Assembly (NCBI GenBank): GCA_021793645.1
Contig: JAJYSJ010000002.1
Location: forward strand, 2,003-66,002
Origin: Bacillota bacterium
Lineage (GTDB): Bacteria > Bacillota > Sulfobacillia > JAJZYS01 > JAJYTV01
DNA: 64,000 nucleotides
Reading direction: 5' to 3'
Part shown: one piece after another, positions 9,568 to 19,172 of the stretch
How positions within the stretch are numbered: position 1 is the stretch's first letter
Layout: every line of letters starts with the position of its first letter
The notes under the pieces: model-generated
The model's database searches: none
What the model was told of the DNA's origin: nothing
Seen by the model: only the letters and a program-made list of their open reading frames with translations
Position numbers and translations under genes: made by a program

Positions 9568-9753
9568 CCCCGCTTACGTCCCCTAGCAACTGGTTTATGG
9601 CACGTTGCCGCGGAGTGCTCCGGTGACCCGCCGCAGACTATTCCGGGCGCCAGGCTGCTGCGCCGCCCGCATGGACGTGGCGGCAATTTTCGTTGACAGG
9701 CGACCCGCAGTCCCTTACGATTGCGCGCAATAACCCTTCCCGGGGGTCGCGAC

Positions 9754-10986
9754 ATGGTGCAGCCAGTCATCGTGATGAAGTTCGGTGGTTCTTCGCTTGC
9801 GACGCCGGAAAGAATCCGGCACGTCGCCCAGCGCATCGCCCGGCGCAGAAAGGATGGCTACGACGTCATCGCAGTCGTCTCCGCCCAGGGCGACACGACC
9901 GATGAACTGCTGGAGCGCCTGAGGGCTGTTGCGCCGAACCCGCCCGCCCGCGAGGTAGACATGCTGCTCGCGACCGGCGAGCAGCAGTCTGCAGCCCTCA
10001 TTGCCGCGTCCCTCTCAGCGCTCGGCATCGACGCGATCTCCCTAACCGGATGGCAAGCCGGCATCGCGACCGACGGAAACCACCGGCGCGCACGTATTCA
10101 TACCGTGACCCCGCACAGCGTGCGACGCGCCCTGTCTGCAGGGCGCGTCGCCGTGGTCGCGGGCTTCCAGGGAATCTCTGGCGAGTTTGAGGTCACGACG
10201 CTCGGGCGCGGCGGATCTGACCTCACTGCCGTCGCCCTGGCTGCAAGCCTGGGGGCTGGCTGTGAGATCTACTCCGATGTCGCCGGGGTCTACACCGCCG
10301 ACCCGCGCATCGTTCCGGACGCACGCGTGCTGCAGGAGATCAGCTACGATGAGATGATGGAACTGGCTGCCATGGGGGCACAGGTGCTGCAGGGCCGGGC
10401 CGTGGAGTACGCGTGGCACCATGGGGTGCCGATCAGGGCTCTCTCCACCTTCGACGATTCGCCGGGTACTCTTGTTCGGGAGGGATCGACCATGGAGCGC
10501 GTTCAGGCTGTTACCGGCGTCGCGCTGGACCGCCACGTCTCGCGCGTGCTTTGCGAGAGCGTGCCTGACCGCGCCGGCACAGCCGCCGCAATCTTCGGCG
10601 GACTCGCGGAGGCCGGCGTCAACGTGGACGTCATCGTACAGAGCCCCAGCCGCGAGGACCGAACCGACATCGCGTTCACCGTGTCGGATGAGGACGCACA
10701 GGCGGCATTCGAGATCACGAAGTCCCTGTTGCAGCGGCTTGGGGCCGAGGGTGCCACCCTCGATCCGAATGTCGCGAAGGTATCGGTGGTCGGAGCGGGC
10801 ATGCTGTCGCGCCCCGGTGTCGCGAGCCGCGCCTTCCGGGCAATCGCCGATGCCGGAGTGAACATCATCGCCATCTCCACGTCGGAGATCAAGATCTCCT
10901 GCCTGGTGCGGCGCGACGGGGCGGAAGCGTCCGCCCGCGCGCTGCACGCCGCGTTCGATCTGGCGCTCGAGTCAAACCCCTCCTAG
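9754..10986 (+). CDS. lysC: Aspartate kinase with C-terminal ACT domains
   Basis: VIVMKFGGSSLATPERI...VVSAQGDTTDELL...MLLATGEQQSAALIA... matches LysC-type aspartokinase. ATG at 9754 follows GGGGGT. No L-box was found in the 186-nt leader. Confidence 0.88.
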   Translation: MVQPVIVMKFGGSSLATPERIRHVAQRIARRRKDGYDVIAVVSAQGDTTDELLERLRAVAPNPPAREVDMLLATGEQQSAALIAASLSALGIDAISLTGWQAGIATDGNHRRARIHTVTPHSVRRALSAGRVAVVAGFQGISGEFEVTTLGRGGSDLTAVALAASLGAGCEIYSDVAGVYTADPRIVPDARVLQEISYDEMMELAAMGAQVLQGRAVEYAWHHGVPIRALSTFDDSPGTLVREGSTMERVQAVTGVALDRHVSRVLCESVPDRAGTAAAIFGGLAEAGVNVDVIVQSPSREDRTDIAFTVSDEDAQAAFEITKSLLQRLGAEGATLDPNVAKVSVVGAGMLSRPGVASRAFRAIADAGVNIIAISTSEIKISCLVRRDGAEASARALHAAFDLALESNPS

Positions 10987-12173
10987 CCGTCCGCTAGCTC
11001 TCGCACCGCGTCCACAAGGCGCGCGAGTTCCTCGCGCAGGACGTAGAATCCGGCGGACACGCGTACGGCCGCATGCGGCTCCGGTAGGAAGCGAACGAGC
11101 AGACCGCGCTCGTGCAGCCGCTTCGCCGCGTCCGGCGCGGAGATGCCCGGAATACGGAAGCTGACGATGCCGCTCGCCTGGCCTTCGGGTGAGAGCACGT
11201 CGATCCCCGGGATCTCCACAACTGCTTCGCGCAATTCATGCGCGAGCGCTGCAATGCGCCCGAGTGCCCAATCCTCCCCCACCGTCTCCTGCCAGCGCAG
11301 GCTTTCGAGCTGGCCGACCAGCGCGGCGGGAAGTCCCGAGCCCACCTCGTAACGTCGAGCTCCCGCGGACGGCAGGAAGTTTGCGGCGTTCGGATCGACG
11401 CCGGCCGTGGAGAGGTAGCCTGTAAAGGTCGGATGGCAAAGCGCCTGTGCGTCCCGGGCCGCATAGAGGGCGCCGGTGCCCTCAGGCCCCATCAGCCACT
11501 TCTGGCCCGGCAGGCTGTAGAAGTCCGCACCCAGCGTCGAGAGATCAAGCGGCACCGCACCCGCCGACTGGGCACCGTCGATCAAAACGAGGGCGGCCGC
11601 CGCGTGTGCGCGCTCGGCGATCTCTCGCACTGGCAACACGGCCCCGTTCGTCCAAAGCACATGCGAGAACGCAAGCAGGCGCGTGCGCGACGTGATCGCG
11701 CGTTCAAACGCTTCGATCGCCAGATCGGGCCGCTCCTGCGGCCAATCCACGTAGCGCACCGCAACGCCGCGCGCCCTCGCAAGGGCCGCGAGCGGTACGA
11801 GCAGCCCGTTGTGCTCGTGCCGCGTCGTCAGCACCTCGTCGCCCGGCAATAGCGAGAGCCCCCACAGGGCGATGTTCATCCCGTCCGTGGTCCGGCCGGT
11901 CAGCGCGACCTCGCCTTCGTCGCAGTGCAGGCGCCGCGCGAGCGTCTGCCTCAGTTCTTCGCGCAGAGTATGGAATGTCTCCATGACGGTCGGTCGGATC
12001 CTGCCGAGGTTCAGTTCCTCGGCGAGCTTCGACTGCATTGCGTCGACTGCCCTTCTAGGCAGCGGACCCGCTGTTCCGCAGTTCAGGTAGGGCGCTACGC
12101 TCACGGCCGGGATCTCCTCCCGGATCGCCGCAAGCAGCGCGAGTTCCTCGGGACGGTCGGAAGACATCGGCAT
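10983..12173 (-). CDS. Class V aminotransferase / cysteine-desulfurase-like PLP enzyme
   Basis: ...LIDGAQSAGAVPLDLSTLGADFYSLPGQKWLMGPEGTGALY... aminotransferase class V fold. ATG at 12173 follows GGAGGAG. Confidence 0.65.
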   Translation of the reverse strand: MPMSSDRPEELALLAAIREEIPAVSVAPYLNCGTAGPLPRRAVDAMQSKLAEELNLGRIRPTVMETFHTLREELRQTLARRLHCDEGEVALTGRTTDGMNIALWGLSLLPGDEVLTTRHEHNGLLVPLAALARARGVAVRYVDWPQERPDLAIEAFERAITSRTRLLAFSHVLWTNGAVLPVREIAERAHAAAALVLIDGAQSAGAVPLDLSTLGADFYSLPGQKWLMGPEGTGALYAARDAQALCHPTFTGYLSTAGVDPNAANFLPSAGARRYEVGSGLPAALVGQLESLRWQETVGEDWALGRIAALAHELREAVVEIPGIDVLSPEGQASGIVSFRIPGISAPDAAKRLHERGLLVRFLPEPHAAVRVSAGFYVLREELARLVDAVRELADG

Positions 12174-12262
12174 TGCGTTTCTCCTCCCATAGCCCTCTTC
12201 GCCCGGAGGAACCCGCTTCCTGCGTGCTATCATCGGCTTCAGACGCGCAAGGAGGCCTTCAG

Positions 12263-13135
12263 TTGCGCCTATACGGACTCATGCTCGCTATCCTCTCGGC
12301 GGTTGCCTTCGGCCTCTACATGGTGCCCCGCCGCTTCTCCCGAGCACCTCAGGTCGAATTCTCTGCGGCGATGGGCCTTGGGGCAGCGATCGCGCTCGCG
12401 ATACCACTGCCGTTTGTCGCCGGCACCTGGAGCCTGTCTGGACTTGGCATCGCCTTTTTGGGCGGCCTCTCGTTCGCACTCGCATCGCACCTTTTCGTAC
12501 TTTCGGTCGACGCGCTCGGCTTGACCCGTGCGACGCCCGTGAAAAATCTGACCGGCGTCTTCGGCACGTTCTTCGGCATCGCCATCCTCGGCGAGTACCG
12601 CACGAGCGGCGCTGTGGTCCTAGGACAGCTGGTACTGGGGAGCCTGCTGACCGCACTCGGCGCATACCTGATCGGCGGCATCGGCCAAACGGCGGATGAC
12701 GGCCTCGCTCCTGGGGGCCGCCAGCGCGGCTTTCTTCTGGCAATCGGCGCGGCCGCCTTCTTCGGCTTCTACCTCGTCCCGCTGAAGCTCGCCGCCCCGC
12801 TCGGCACAGGCTACGGCTACTTGGGACTCGGGCTTGGGGCCGTCGTCGGCCTCACGCTGCCGCAGCTTTCGCGTCTCGTGCGCATGCCCTTGAGAGAAGC
12901 AGGGCTCGGTGCGCTGGCAGGTGCCCTCCTGGCGCTCGGCGTTCTGCTCGCAGCGCCTGCGGCGAACCTGATCGGCCTTTCGGTCGCGTGGCCGATCACA
13001 CAGCTCAACACGTTCGTCGCGCTGGGTGCCGGCATGTTCTGGCTGCGTGAGCACGATTTCCGACAGGTGAAGGGCAGGCTGCTCCTCGCCAGTCTCGCAA
13101 CGCTTGCGGGCATCCTGCTCCTCGCACTCCTCTAG
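12263..13135 (+). CDS. DMT-superfamily membrane transporter (about 10 TM helices, GRP/EamA-like)
   Basis: Highly hydrophobic, Gly/Ala/Leu-rich 290-aa protein. TTG start at 12263 lies 7 nt after AAGGAGG. Divergent from the class V aminotransferase. Confidence 0.5.
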   Translation: MRLYGLMLAILSAVAFGLYMVPRRFSRAPQVEFSAAMGLGAAIALAIPLPFVAGTWSLSGLGIAFLGGLSFALASHLFVLSVDALGLTRATPVKNLTGVFGTFFGIAILGEYRTSGAVVLGQLVLGSLLTALGAYLIGGIGQTADDGLAPGGRQRGFLLAIGAAAFFGFYLVPLKLAAPLGTGYGYLGLGLGAVVGLTLPQLSRLVRMPLREAGLGALAGALLALGVLLAAPAANLIGLSVAWPITQLNTFVALGAGMFWLREHDFRQVKGRLLLASLATLAGILLLALL

Positions 13136-13202
13136 GAGGGTTCATTCACCGGTTTCCCGAAATCGTCGTCGACAAATCGCGATAGAAGGCGGCGAGCAGC
13201 AG

Positions 13203-13883
13203 GTGCAAAGCAATACCGTTGGAACCACGCTTCAAGTCCTGGAGATGACCCTTAACCACGGAGAAGCGCTCGTCGCGGAGTCGGGGCGGCTTTCCTGGAT
13301 GTCCGGCATGAACCTCACAACGCAGGCCAAGGGCGGCATGTTCGGTGCGCTGCGCCGCGCCGCAGGCGGCGGCACGATCTTCCTCACGGACTTCACCCCG
13401 AGCGGAGAGCAGGGCATGGTGGCCTTCGCCGCACGGGCGCCCGGCCAGATCGTCGAGGTGGAAGTCGGAAACGAAACCGAGTATCTCGTGCATGAGCACG
13501 GCTTCCTCTGTGCGACGCCTGGCATCGATCTCAACATCGGGTTCCAGCGCTCGCTCGGCGCTGGCGTGTTCGGCGGCACGGGATTCATCCTGCAGAAGCT
13601 CTCAGGCAGCGCAAAGGCCTGGATTGATCTCTCTGGCGAAGTGGTGCGCTACGATTTGCAGCCGGGACAGCAACTGCTCGTGCAGCCCGGCCACGTCGGC
13701 ATGTTCGAAGCGTCTGTCGACTTTCAGATCACGACGATGCGGGGCATCCGCAACATGCTCTTCGGCGGCGACGGCTTCTTCCTCGCGCAGCTCCAGGGCC
13801 CCGGCAGCGTATGGCTGCAGTCCATGCCGCTTCCGCTCCTCGCACACGCACTGCAGCGCTACCTTCCGTCATCTGGCAGCTGA
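13203..13883 (+). CDS. AIM24/DUF124 family protein
   Basis: ...LNHGEALVAESGRLSWMSG...GGGTIFLTDFTPSGEQGMVAF...GPGSVWLQS... is the characteristic AIM24 pattern. GTG start at 13203 is uncertain. Confidence 0.55.
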   Translation: MQSNTVGTTLQVLEMTLNHGEALVAESGRLSWMSGMNLTTQAKGGMFGALRRAAGGGTIFLTDFTPSGEQGMVAFAARAPGQIVEVEVGNETEYLVHEHGFLCATPGIDLNIGFQRSLGAGVFGGTGFILQKLSGSAKAWIDLSGEVVRYDLQPGQQLLVQPGHVGMFEASVDFQITTMRGIRNMLFGGDGFFLAQLQGPGSVWLQSMPLPLLAHALQRYLPSSGS

Positions 13884-14136
13884 ACGACGGTCAGTGCGAA
13901 CACGCCTCAAAGCGTAGCGTGCTCTCGCCTGCGCCGCGCAGCTTGCATCGTCTAGTCAAGGCTGCTGATGCGTTTGCAGCCGTCAAGCGGCTGCGCTGCG
14001 CGAAGCGCTACCAGCCTGTTGTTGCCGGCATCTCCGGTTGCGCAACGGACACGTTTTTGTAGCGGGCCGTAGCAAGACGCTTTCCTTCGCGCGGTTGCTG
14101 GCGCAGCGCGAATTTGTTATCGTAAGTTGCGCGACT

Positions 14137-14211
<75 letters not shown>

Positions 14212-14216
14212 GTTTC

Positions 14217-14290
14217 GCGGGTGTAGCTCAATGGTAGAGCAGTAGCCTTCCAAGCTTCAGACGTGGGTTCGATTCCCATCACCCGCTCCA
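14217..14290 (+). tRNA. tRNA-Gly (anticodon TCC), CCA encoded
   Basis: Acceptor GCGGGTG/CACCCGC, D-arm GCTC-AATGGTA-GAGC, anticodon loop CTTCCAA, T-loop TTCGATT. One T-T mismatch in the anticodon stem. Confidence 0.85.
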
Positions 14291-14297
14291 ATCGTTT

Positions 14298-14373
14298 GCC
14301 CCAGTAGCTCAGTGGTCAGAGCATCCGGTTTCTACCCGGAGTGCCGGGGGTTCGAATCCTCCCTGGGGCGCCA
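14298..14373 (+). tRNA. tRNA-Arg (anticodon TCT), CCA encoded
   Basis: Acceptor GCCCCAG/CTGGGGC, D-arm GCTC-AGTGGTCA-GAGC, anticodon arm TCCGG-TTTCTAC-CCGGA, T-arm GGGGG-TTCGAAT-CCTCC. Confidence 0.85.
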
Positions 14374-14428
14374 CTGGCATTGGGATCCGTGGGGGGCTTT
14401 GTGCCGTCCCACATACGTTGTCTCGGTT

Positions 14429-14459
14429 GGCCAGGATATGCTTTGTGCGTATCCTGGCC
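14429..14459 (+). terminator. Perfect 10-bp hairpin GGCCAGGATA-N11-TATCCTGGCC downstream of the tRNA cluster, a possible terminator of the tRNA operon
   Basis: Seen directly in sequence. Followed by ACATTGTGCTTTGC, which is only weakly U-rich. Lies inside a ~550-bp lower-GC noncoding stretch. Confidence 0.35.
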
Positions 14460-14927
14460 ACATTGTGCTTTGCAGCATTTACACGTGGAAGGCGGCATGA
14501 TCTCTGCGAGCAGTGACCTTGTCCCTGCCGACAGAAAACCGCGGACCGGGAGTCGAGGCGCGAGAGACCTGCAGCGCCTGCGAACCGCATGAGGCTCCGC
14601 ATGGCCGGCAGCGCATCTCCACGGACCAGCCGACGAGCAGGCTCGCGAGCGCTAGTCGGAAGTGCAAGACGGTGCTCAGCATGGATTCCACATGCAATTC
14701 GGACGTGCTTCTAGCCATGAAGGACCAAAAGCGGGCCCAAGCGGCTTACAGGTACACAGTCACCTCTTTCGGTGGCCCATTGTCGCCGCTGCACTGGCCT
14801 GCAGTTTCACGGTTTCGGCCGATGCATCGTTTCAGACGCATGTTGCTTATGCGGGGAGGCAGGATGGGACACGCCCTTCCCCGAACGGTGAAACAGTTCG
14901 GTTGTCACGCCGCGGTCCCAGAACTTC

Positions 14928-15680
14928 GTGAAGCAAGGTGATCGCGTGTTTCTGCGGGACGTGCTGCTGCGGGACTGGCCCACACAGGCAGCTTATCCCT
15001 TCAACCTGCCGGCGCTCCAGGGAATCTCCACGATCTCCTTCGATCGGCCCGTCACATTCCTCGTCGGGGAGAACGGTTCCGGCAAGTCGACCCTGCTTGA
15101 GGCGATCGCCATCACGGCCGGGTTCAACCCGGAGGGCGGCAGCAAAGGCAACCTGTTCTCGAACGCACAGACAGAATCGCCCCTGCACGAGCATCTGCGG
15201 CTCTCGTGGTTTCCAAAGGCCACCCACGGCTTCTTCTTCCGGGCTGAAAGCTTTTTCAACTTCGCCAGCCACATCGATGACGTAGAGCGCGAGTACGGGA
15301 CGGGCTACGCAGCCTACGGCGGCAGGTCCCTGCACGAGCAGTCTCACGGCGAGTCCTTCCTCGCCCTGTTCATGTACCGGCTGCACAGCCGCAGCAAGGC
15401 CCTCTACCTGCTCGACGAGCCGGAGGCAGCCTTGTCGCCTGCGCGCCAGCTAGCGCTCCTGCGGCTGCTCTGGGAGCACGCGCAGGCAGGCACGGCACAG
15501 TTCATCATCGCCACGCACTCTCCCATCCTGCTCGGATATCCAGACGCAGCCATCCTGAGCTTCGATCACAGCCCGCTTGCGAAGATCACCTACGAGGAAA
15601 CGGAGTCCTACCGCCTCACAAGGCAGTTCCTAATGCACCGCGAAGCAATCTTTCAAGAACTCTTCGGTCCGGGGGATTAG
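14928..15680 (+). CDS. Standalone AAA_21-type ABC/SMC-like ATPase
   Basis: Walker A VGENGSGKSTLLEAI, Q/signature-like region, Walker B LYLLDEPEAALSP, H-loop ATHSP. GTG start. No partner gene on the same strand. Confidence 0.65.
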   Translation: MKQGDRVFLRDVLLRDWPTQAAYPFNLPALQGISTISFDRPVTFLVGENGSGKSTLLEAIAITAGFNPEGGSKGNLFSNAQTESPLHEHLRLSWFPKATHGFFFRAESFFNFASHIDDVEREYGTGYAAYGGRSLHEQSHGESFLALFMYRLHSRSKALYLLDEPEAALSPARQLALLRLLWEHAQAGTAQFIIATHSPILLGYPDAAILSFDHSPLAKITYEETESYRLTRQFLMHREAIFQELFGPGD

Positions 15681-15810
15681 TCGCGCACCTGCGGAGCGTC
15701 CGGCGGGAAGCTGTCCCCGAGCGGGCTTGGATCAACCAGCCTGAAGACACCCAACAAGGTCACGACATCAGTTGACTAACCTGTTCAAAGCCTTGACAGC
15801 TTCCGCCAGC

Positions 15811-16662
15811 TCAGCTTTCGACATCTGCCCTCAGCCGCTCGATTGCCGCCGCAAGCCTCGCCGCGTCCTGGGTTTCCACCGCGTAGAGCGCAGCATGCAG
15901 CGGCTCCACTCTGCGATAGAAGCGCTGGCGCAGCGCAAAACCCGGACTGACCCTGCCGTACCAACGCGTCCACTCCGGCCGCACGTCGTACGCGGGATCG
16001 CCGAGGCCAGCGTCCCCGAAATCGACCACGGCCCGTAGTCGTCCCGTCTTCGGATCCGCGAGGAGGTGCTCGGACGAAAGGTCTCCGTGGATGAGGCGCA
16101 CTTCGAAACGAAAGTTCCTGGGATCACCGAGAAAGCTCCGCAGGCGGCGATCAAGCGCAGAGAGCAGATGCCCTTCGAGGTGCGGGCCCAGCGTCTGAAG
16201 TGCACTTGTGCAAAAGTGTCGCAATCCGCTCTCCCAGCCGTGCCCGACGCCGGCCCAGCGGAACCATCTCGGACGCTGCCCCTTGAGCGAGGTGGCGTGC
16301 AGCGCACGCAGAAAGCGCCCGAGCAGCGGCCCGGACATCGCATCGAGTCGCGCGGGCACGCCTTGCACCATTGGATAGATGCCCGCAACAGGCACCCGCC
16401 CGCCCAACAGCTGCATCCTTGGCGTTTCGAGCGGCAGCTTTCCCGCGATCAGTTCGAGGATCCGCGCCTCCTCCACAAGGCGGCGCGCTGCGGTGCGCGG
16501 TCTTGGTACTCGCAGGACGAGGTCTTCCCCAACGAGGTAGGACGTGTAGTCCCATCCCTCGCCGAGCACGCGCAGCCCAACTCCCTGGTGCGACGGAAAG
16601 ACCGACGCAATCGCGGCCTCTGCGGCCGAGAGCGCGTCCACTTCAGGCACCAGACTCTGCAA
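15811..16662 (-). CDS. Aminoglycoside-phosphotransferase (APH)-family kinase
   Basis: Brenner/catalytic motif IHGDLSSEHLL and VVDFGDAGLGDPAYD. The start region overlaps the rdgB stop by ~20 nt, so it is likely co-transcribed with rph-rdgB. Confidence 0.7.
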   Translation of the reverse strand: MQSLVPEVDALSAAEAAIASVFPSHQGVGLRVLGEGWDYTSYLVGEDLVLRVPRPRTAARRLVEEARILELIAGKLPLETPRMQLLGGRVPVAGIYPMVQGVPARLDAMSGPLLGRFLRALHATSLKGQRPRWFRWAGVGHGWESGLRHFCTSALQTLGPHLEGHLLSALDRRLRSFLGDPRNFRFEVRLIHGDLSSEHLLADPKTGRLRAVVDFGDAGLGDPAYDVRPEWTRWYGRVSPGFALRQRFYRRVEPLHAALYAVETQDAARLAAAIERLRADVES

Positions 16663-17224
16663 GCAGGCTTAGGAGACGCCGCAGCGCCTTGCCGCGGTGC
16701 GAGTGGCGCGACTTCTCTATCCGCGACAGCTCCGCAGCCGTAAGGCCGAGTTCCGGTACAAAGAAGAGCGGGTCGTAGCCAAACCCGCCCTGCCCGCGCG
16801 ACTCCTTCAGAATCTCTCCCTCCCAGACGTCCTGCGCCGTCCATTCACCCTCGGATGACGTCAGCACGAGGACGGCGCGGTAGCGGCCGCTTCGGCGGCG
16901 CGTGTCCCCAAGGCGCGCGAGCAGGAGGGCGTTATTGCTGGCATCGGTCGCGCCTTCGCCCGAAAAGCGTGCGCTGTAGACGCCCGGGGAGCCGGAGAGG
17001 AAGTCGACCTCGATCCCGGAGTCGTCCGCCAACACCGGGCGTCCCGTTGCGGCGAAGCCTGCTCTCGCCTTGGTGCGTGCGTTTTCAAGGTATGTCGTGC
17101 CGGTCTCGGGCGGCAGCGCCACAGCGTCGGGCAGCGGCAGAAGCCGGATGCCGTACTCCGCCGCGATCTCCCCCATCTCGGCAAGCTTGCCGGGGTTGCG
17201 CGTCGCCAGCACGATCTCACGCAC
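16643..17224 (-). CDS. rdgB: Non-canonical purine NTP pyrophosphatase (dITP/XTP diphosphatase, Ham1 family)
   Basis: MREIVLATRNPGKLAEM...VLADDSGIEVDFLSGSPGVYSARF...GFGYDPLF; 193 aa. Confidence 0.9.
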   Translation of the reverse strand: MREIVLATRNPGKLAEMGEIAAEYGIRLLPLPDAVALPPETGTTYLENARTKARAGFAATGRPVLADDSGIEVDFLSGSPGVYSARFSGEGATDASNNALLLARLGDTRRRSGRYRAVLVLTSSEGEWTAQDVWEGEILKESRGQGGFGYDPLFFVPELGLTAAELSRIEKSRHSHRGKALRRLLSLLAESGA

Positions 17225-17963
17225 GCCGCATCACCTTCCCGATCTGCTCCCCCAGCGCCGCGCGCTGCAGCAAGAAGAGCTCGGCGGTGCCGTGCTGGGC
17301 GAGCCCCAGCAACTCCTCCAACTGGGCCGGCTTCAAGGTGCCGCCCTCCCCGGTCGCCTGCACCTCGACGAACTCGCCGGCGTCGGTGAGGACAAAGTTC
17401 GCGTCGACGGCCGCCTGGGAGTCCTCCGCATAGCAGAGGTCTAGGACGGGGTTGCCACCGACGATGCCGCACGAGACGGCTGCGACGAGATGGGAGAGCG
17501 GCCGCTTTACCGAACCGTCGCGGTCCGTAAGCCAGGCAAGCGCATCGCACAACGCAACCGCCGCGCCGGTGATCGAGGCGGTGCGCGTGCCGCCATCCGC
17601 CTCCAGCACATCGCAGTCGACCCAGAGCGTGCGGTCGCCGATCGCTGCGAGATCGACGGCTGCACGCAGCGATCGGCCGATCAGTCTCTGGATCTCCTGG
17701 CTGCGTCCCGCCGGGCGGCCGCGGCTCACCTCGCGCGGCGTGCGGTCCTCGGTCGCCCGCGGCAGCATCGCGTACTCGGCCGTCAGCCAGCCTCCCTGTC
17801 CGCGCCGCCAGCCCGGCACCTTCTCCTCTACCGTCACGGTGCAGACGACGCGCGTACGACCGATTTCCACCAAGCACGAACCCTCAGCCTTGGGCAGGAA
17901 GCCCCGCTGCAATCGGACCGGCCGCATCTCCTCGGGTGCACGTCCGTCGGGTCGCAAACGCAT
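17217..17963 (-). CDS. rph: Ribonuclease PH
   Basis: MRLRPDGRAPEEMRPVRLQRGFL...GSCLVEIGRTRVVCTV...EADGGTRTASITGA. The internal ATG at 17963 gives the canonical 248-aa length. Overlaps rdgB by 8 nt. Confidence 0.9.
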   Translation of the reverse strand: MRLRPDGRAPEEMRPVRLQRGFLPKAEGSCLVEIGRTRVVCTVTVEEKVPGWRRGQGGWLTAEYAMLPRATEDRTPREVSRGRPAGRSQEIQRLIGRSLRAAVDLAAIGDRTLWVDCDVLEADGGTRTASITGAAVALCDALAWLTDRDGSVKRPLSHLVAAVSCGIVGGNPVLDLCYAEDSQAAVDANFVLTDAGEFVEVQATGEGGTLKPAQLEELLGLAQHGTAELFLLQRAALGEQIGKVMRRA

Positions 17964-18347
17964 CCACCTCTCCGGACGGACCTGCCGTCCCCTGTCTTGG
18001 CGCTTCTTGCGTGCATCATGCAATGGCTCCGCCCGGTCATTGTACAACACGCCCGACCTCACCAGCGCTGCAGGTGCCTGCACCCCTTGATCGCCAACGG
18101 ACACAGCTTAGTGCGCATCGCGTACTTTTGATACGTTTCATACATCCACTGATGCTCAGTACCGCCTGACTCCGCCTAAACGGCCGTGCAGAGCCGCCTG
18201 CACCGTTGGCGCCGTTCGTTCCGGCTATCTCCTCGGCGCAGCGCACCGCCCTCGCACGTACGCATTGTACCCCGCGTTCTCCCTTGACGGGTCGACTTGC
18301 CCGTGCCAAGTTGGTGTCGTGAACTTTCTGCGTATGGAGGGTTCTTA

Positions 18348-19148
18348 TTGCGTACAGTCCGTGGCAAGGCCGGGGAAGGAGCGTCTCGCTACTTCATCAA
18401 CAGTATTGCTAAGGCGTTCCAGGTGCTCGAGGCCTTCTCGAAGGAGCAGGGCAGCCTGACGCTGACGGAGTTGAGCGAGCGCAGCCGCCAGAACAAGGCA
18501 ACGGTGCGGCGCATCGCGCTGACACTTTGCGATCTGGGCTACTTGCAGCTGGATCAGAAGCGGCGCTTCTCACCGACCCCCAAGGTCCTCGACCTCAGCG
18601 CGCTGTTTCTCGAGTCCCTCTCCCTCCCGCAGGTGACCGAACCGTACCTCTCGGAACTTGCCGAGCGCACGCACGAATCGGCCAACCTTGCGATCCGTGA
18701 CGGAAGCGAGGTCCTGTACGTGGTGCGGGTATCGGCGGCCAGGCGCATTCTGGCCGTCAACCTGCATGTCGGATCGCGCCTGCCGCTCCATGCGACATCG
18801 CTGGGAAAGGCCCTGCTGCTTGGCGCCAACCGTCAAGACCTGGTCGAGATCCTGGGACCACCGCCGTGGCCTCAATACACACCGTCCACGCGGACGGACC
18901 CCGATCAGCTGCTCGCAGACCTTGAAGAGGCGCGCAAGCTCGGGTGCGCATTGGCGGATGGCGAATTGGAGGCGGGGCTGCGTTCGGTCGCTGCTCCCAT
19001 CCGAGATTCGACTGGTTCCATCATCGCTGCGGCCAACGTGTCGACGCACAGCCTGCAGGTCTCTTTGGACCAACTGCTCGGCCCGATCCGCCAGAACCTC
19101 CTTGAGACAGCGGATGCGGTGTCGCGCGCTCTCGGGTATCGCGGATAG
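18348..19148 (+). CDS. IclR-family transcriptional regulator
   Basis: HTH region SLTLTELSERSRQNKATVRRIALTL plus a C-terminal IclR effector domain. TTG at 18348 lies 8 nt after GGAGG. Divergent from rph across a ~380-bp intergenic region. Confidence 0.8.
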   Translation: MRTVRGKAGEGASRYFINSIAKAFQVLEAFSKEQGSLTLTELSERSRQNKATVRRIALTLCDLGYLQLDQKRRFSPTPKVLDLSALFLESLSLPQVTEPYLSELAERTHESANLAIRDGSEVLYVVRVSAARRILAVNLHVGSRLPLHATSLGKALLLGANRQDLVEILGPPPWPQYTPSTRTDPDQLLADLEEARKLGCALADGELEAGLRSVAAPIRDSTGSIIAAANVSTHSLQVSLDQLLGPIRQNLLETADAVSRALGYRG

Positions 19149-19172
19149 ATCTACGGAAAGGAAGGTGTCCCC

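Noticed and set aside
9568-9753. Possible lysine riboswitch (L-box) in the aspartokinase leader
   Set aside because: Conserved L-box elements (GAGGCGC, AGGGGAGC...CGCCGAAG) are absent. The TGGCACG...TTGC string has the wrong spacing for a sigma-54 promoter.
14513-14941. 142-aa ORF in the post-tRNA spacer (and 14479..14718(-), 14662..14931(+))
   Set aside because: No RBS, low-complexity product, and mutually overlapping frames. The region is treated as noncoding.
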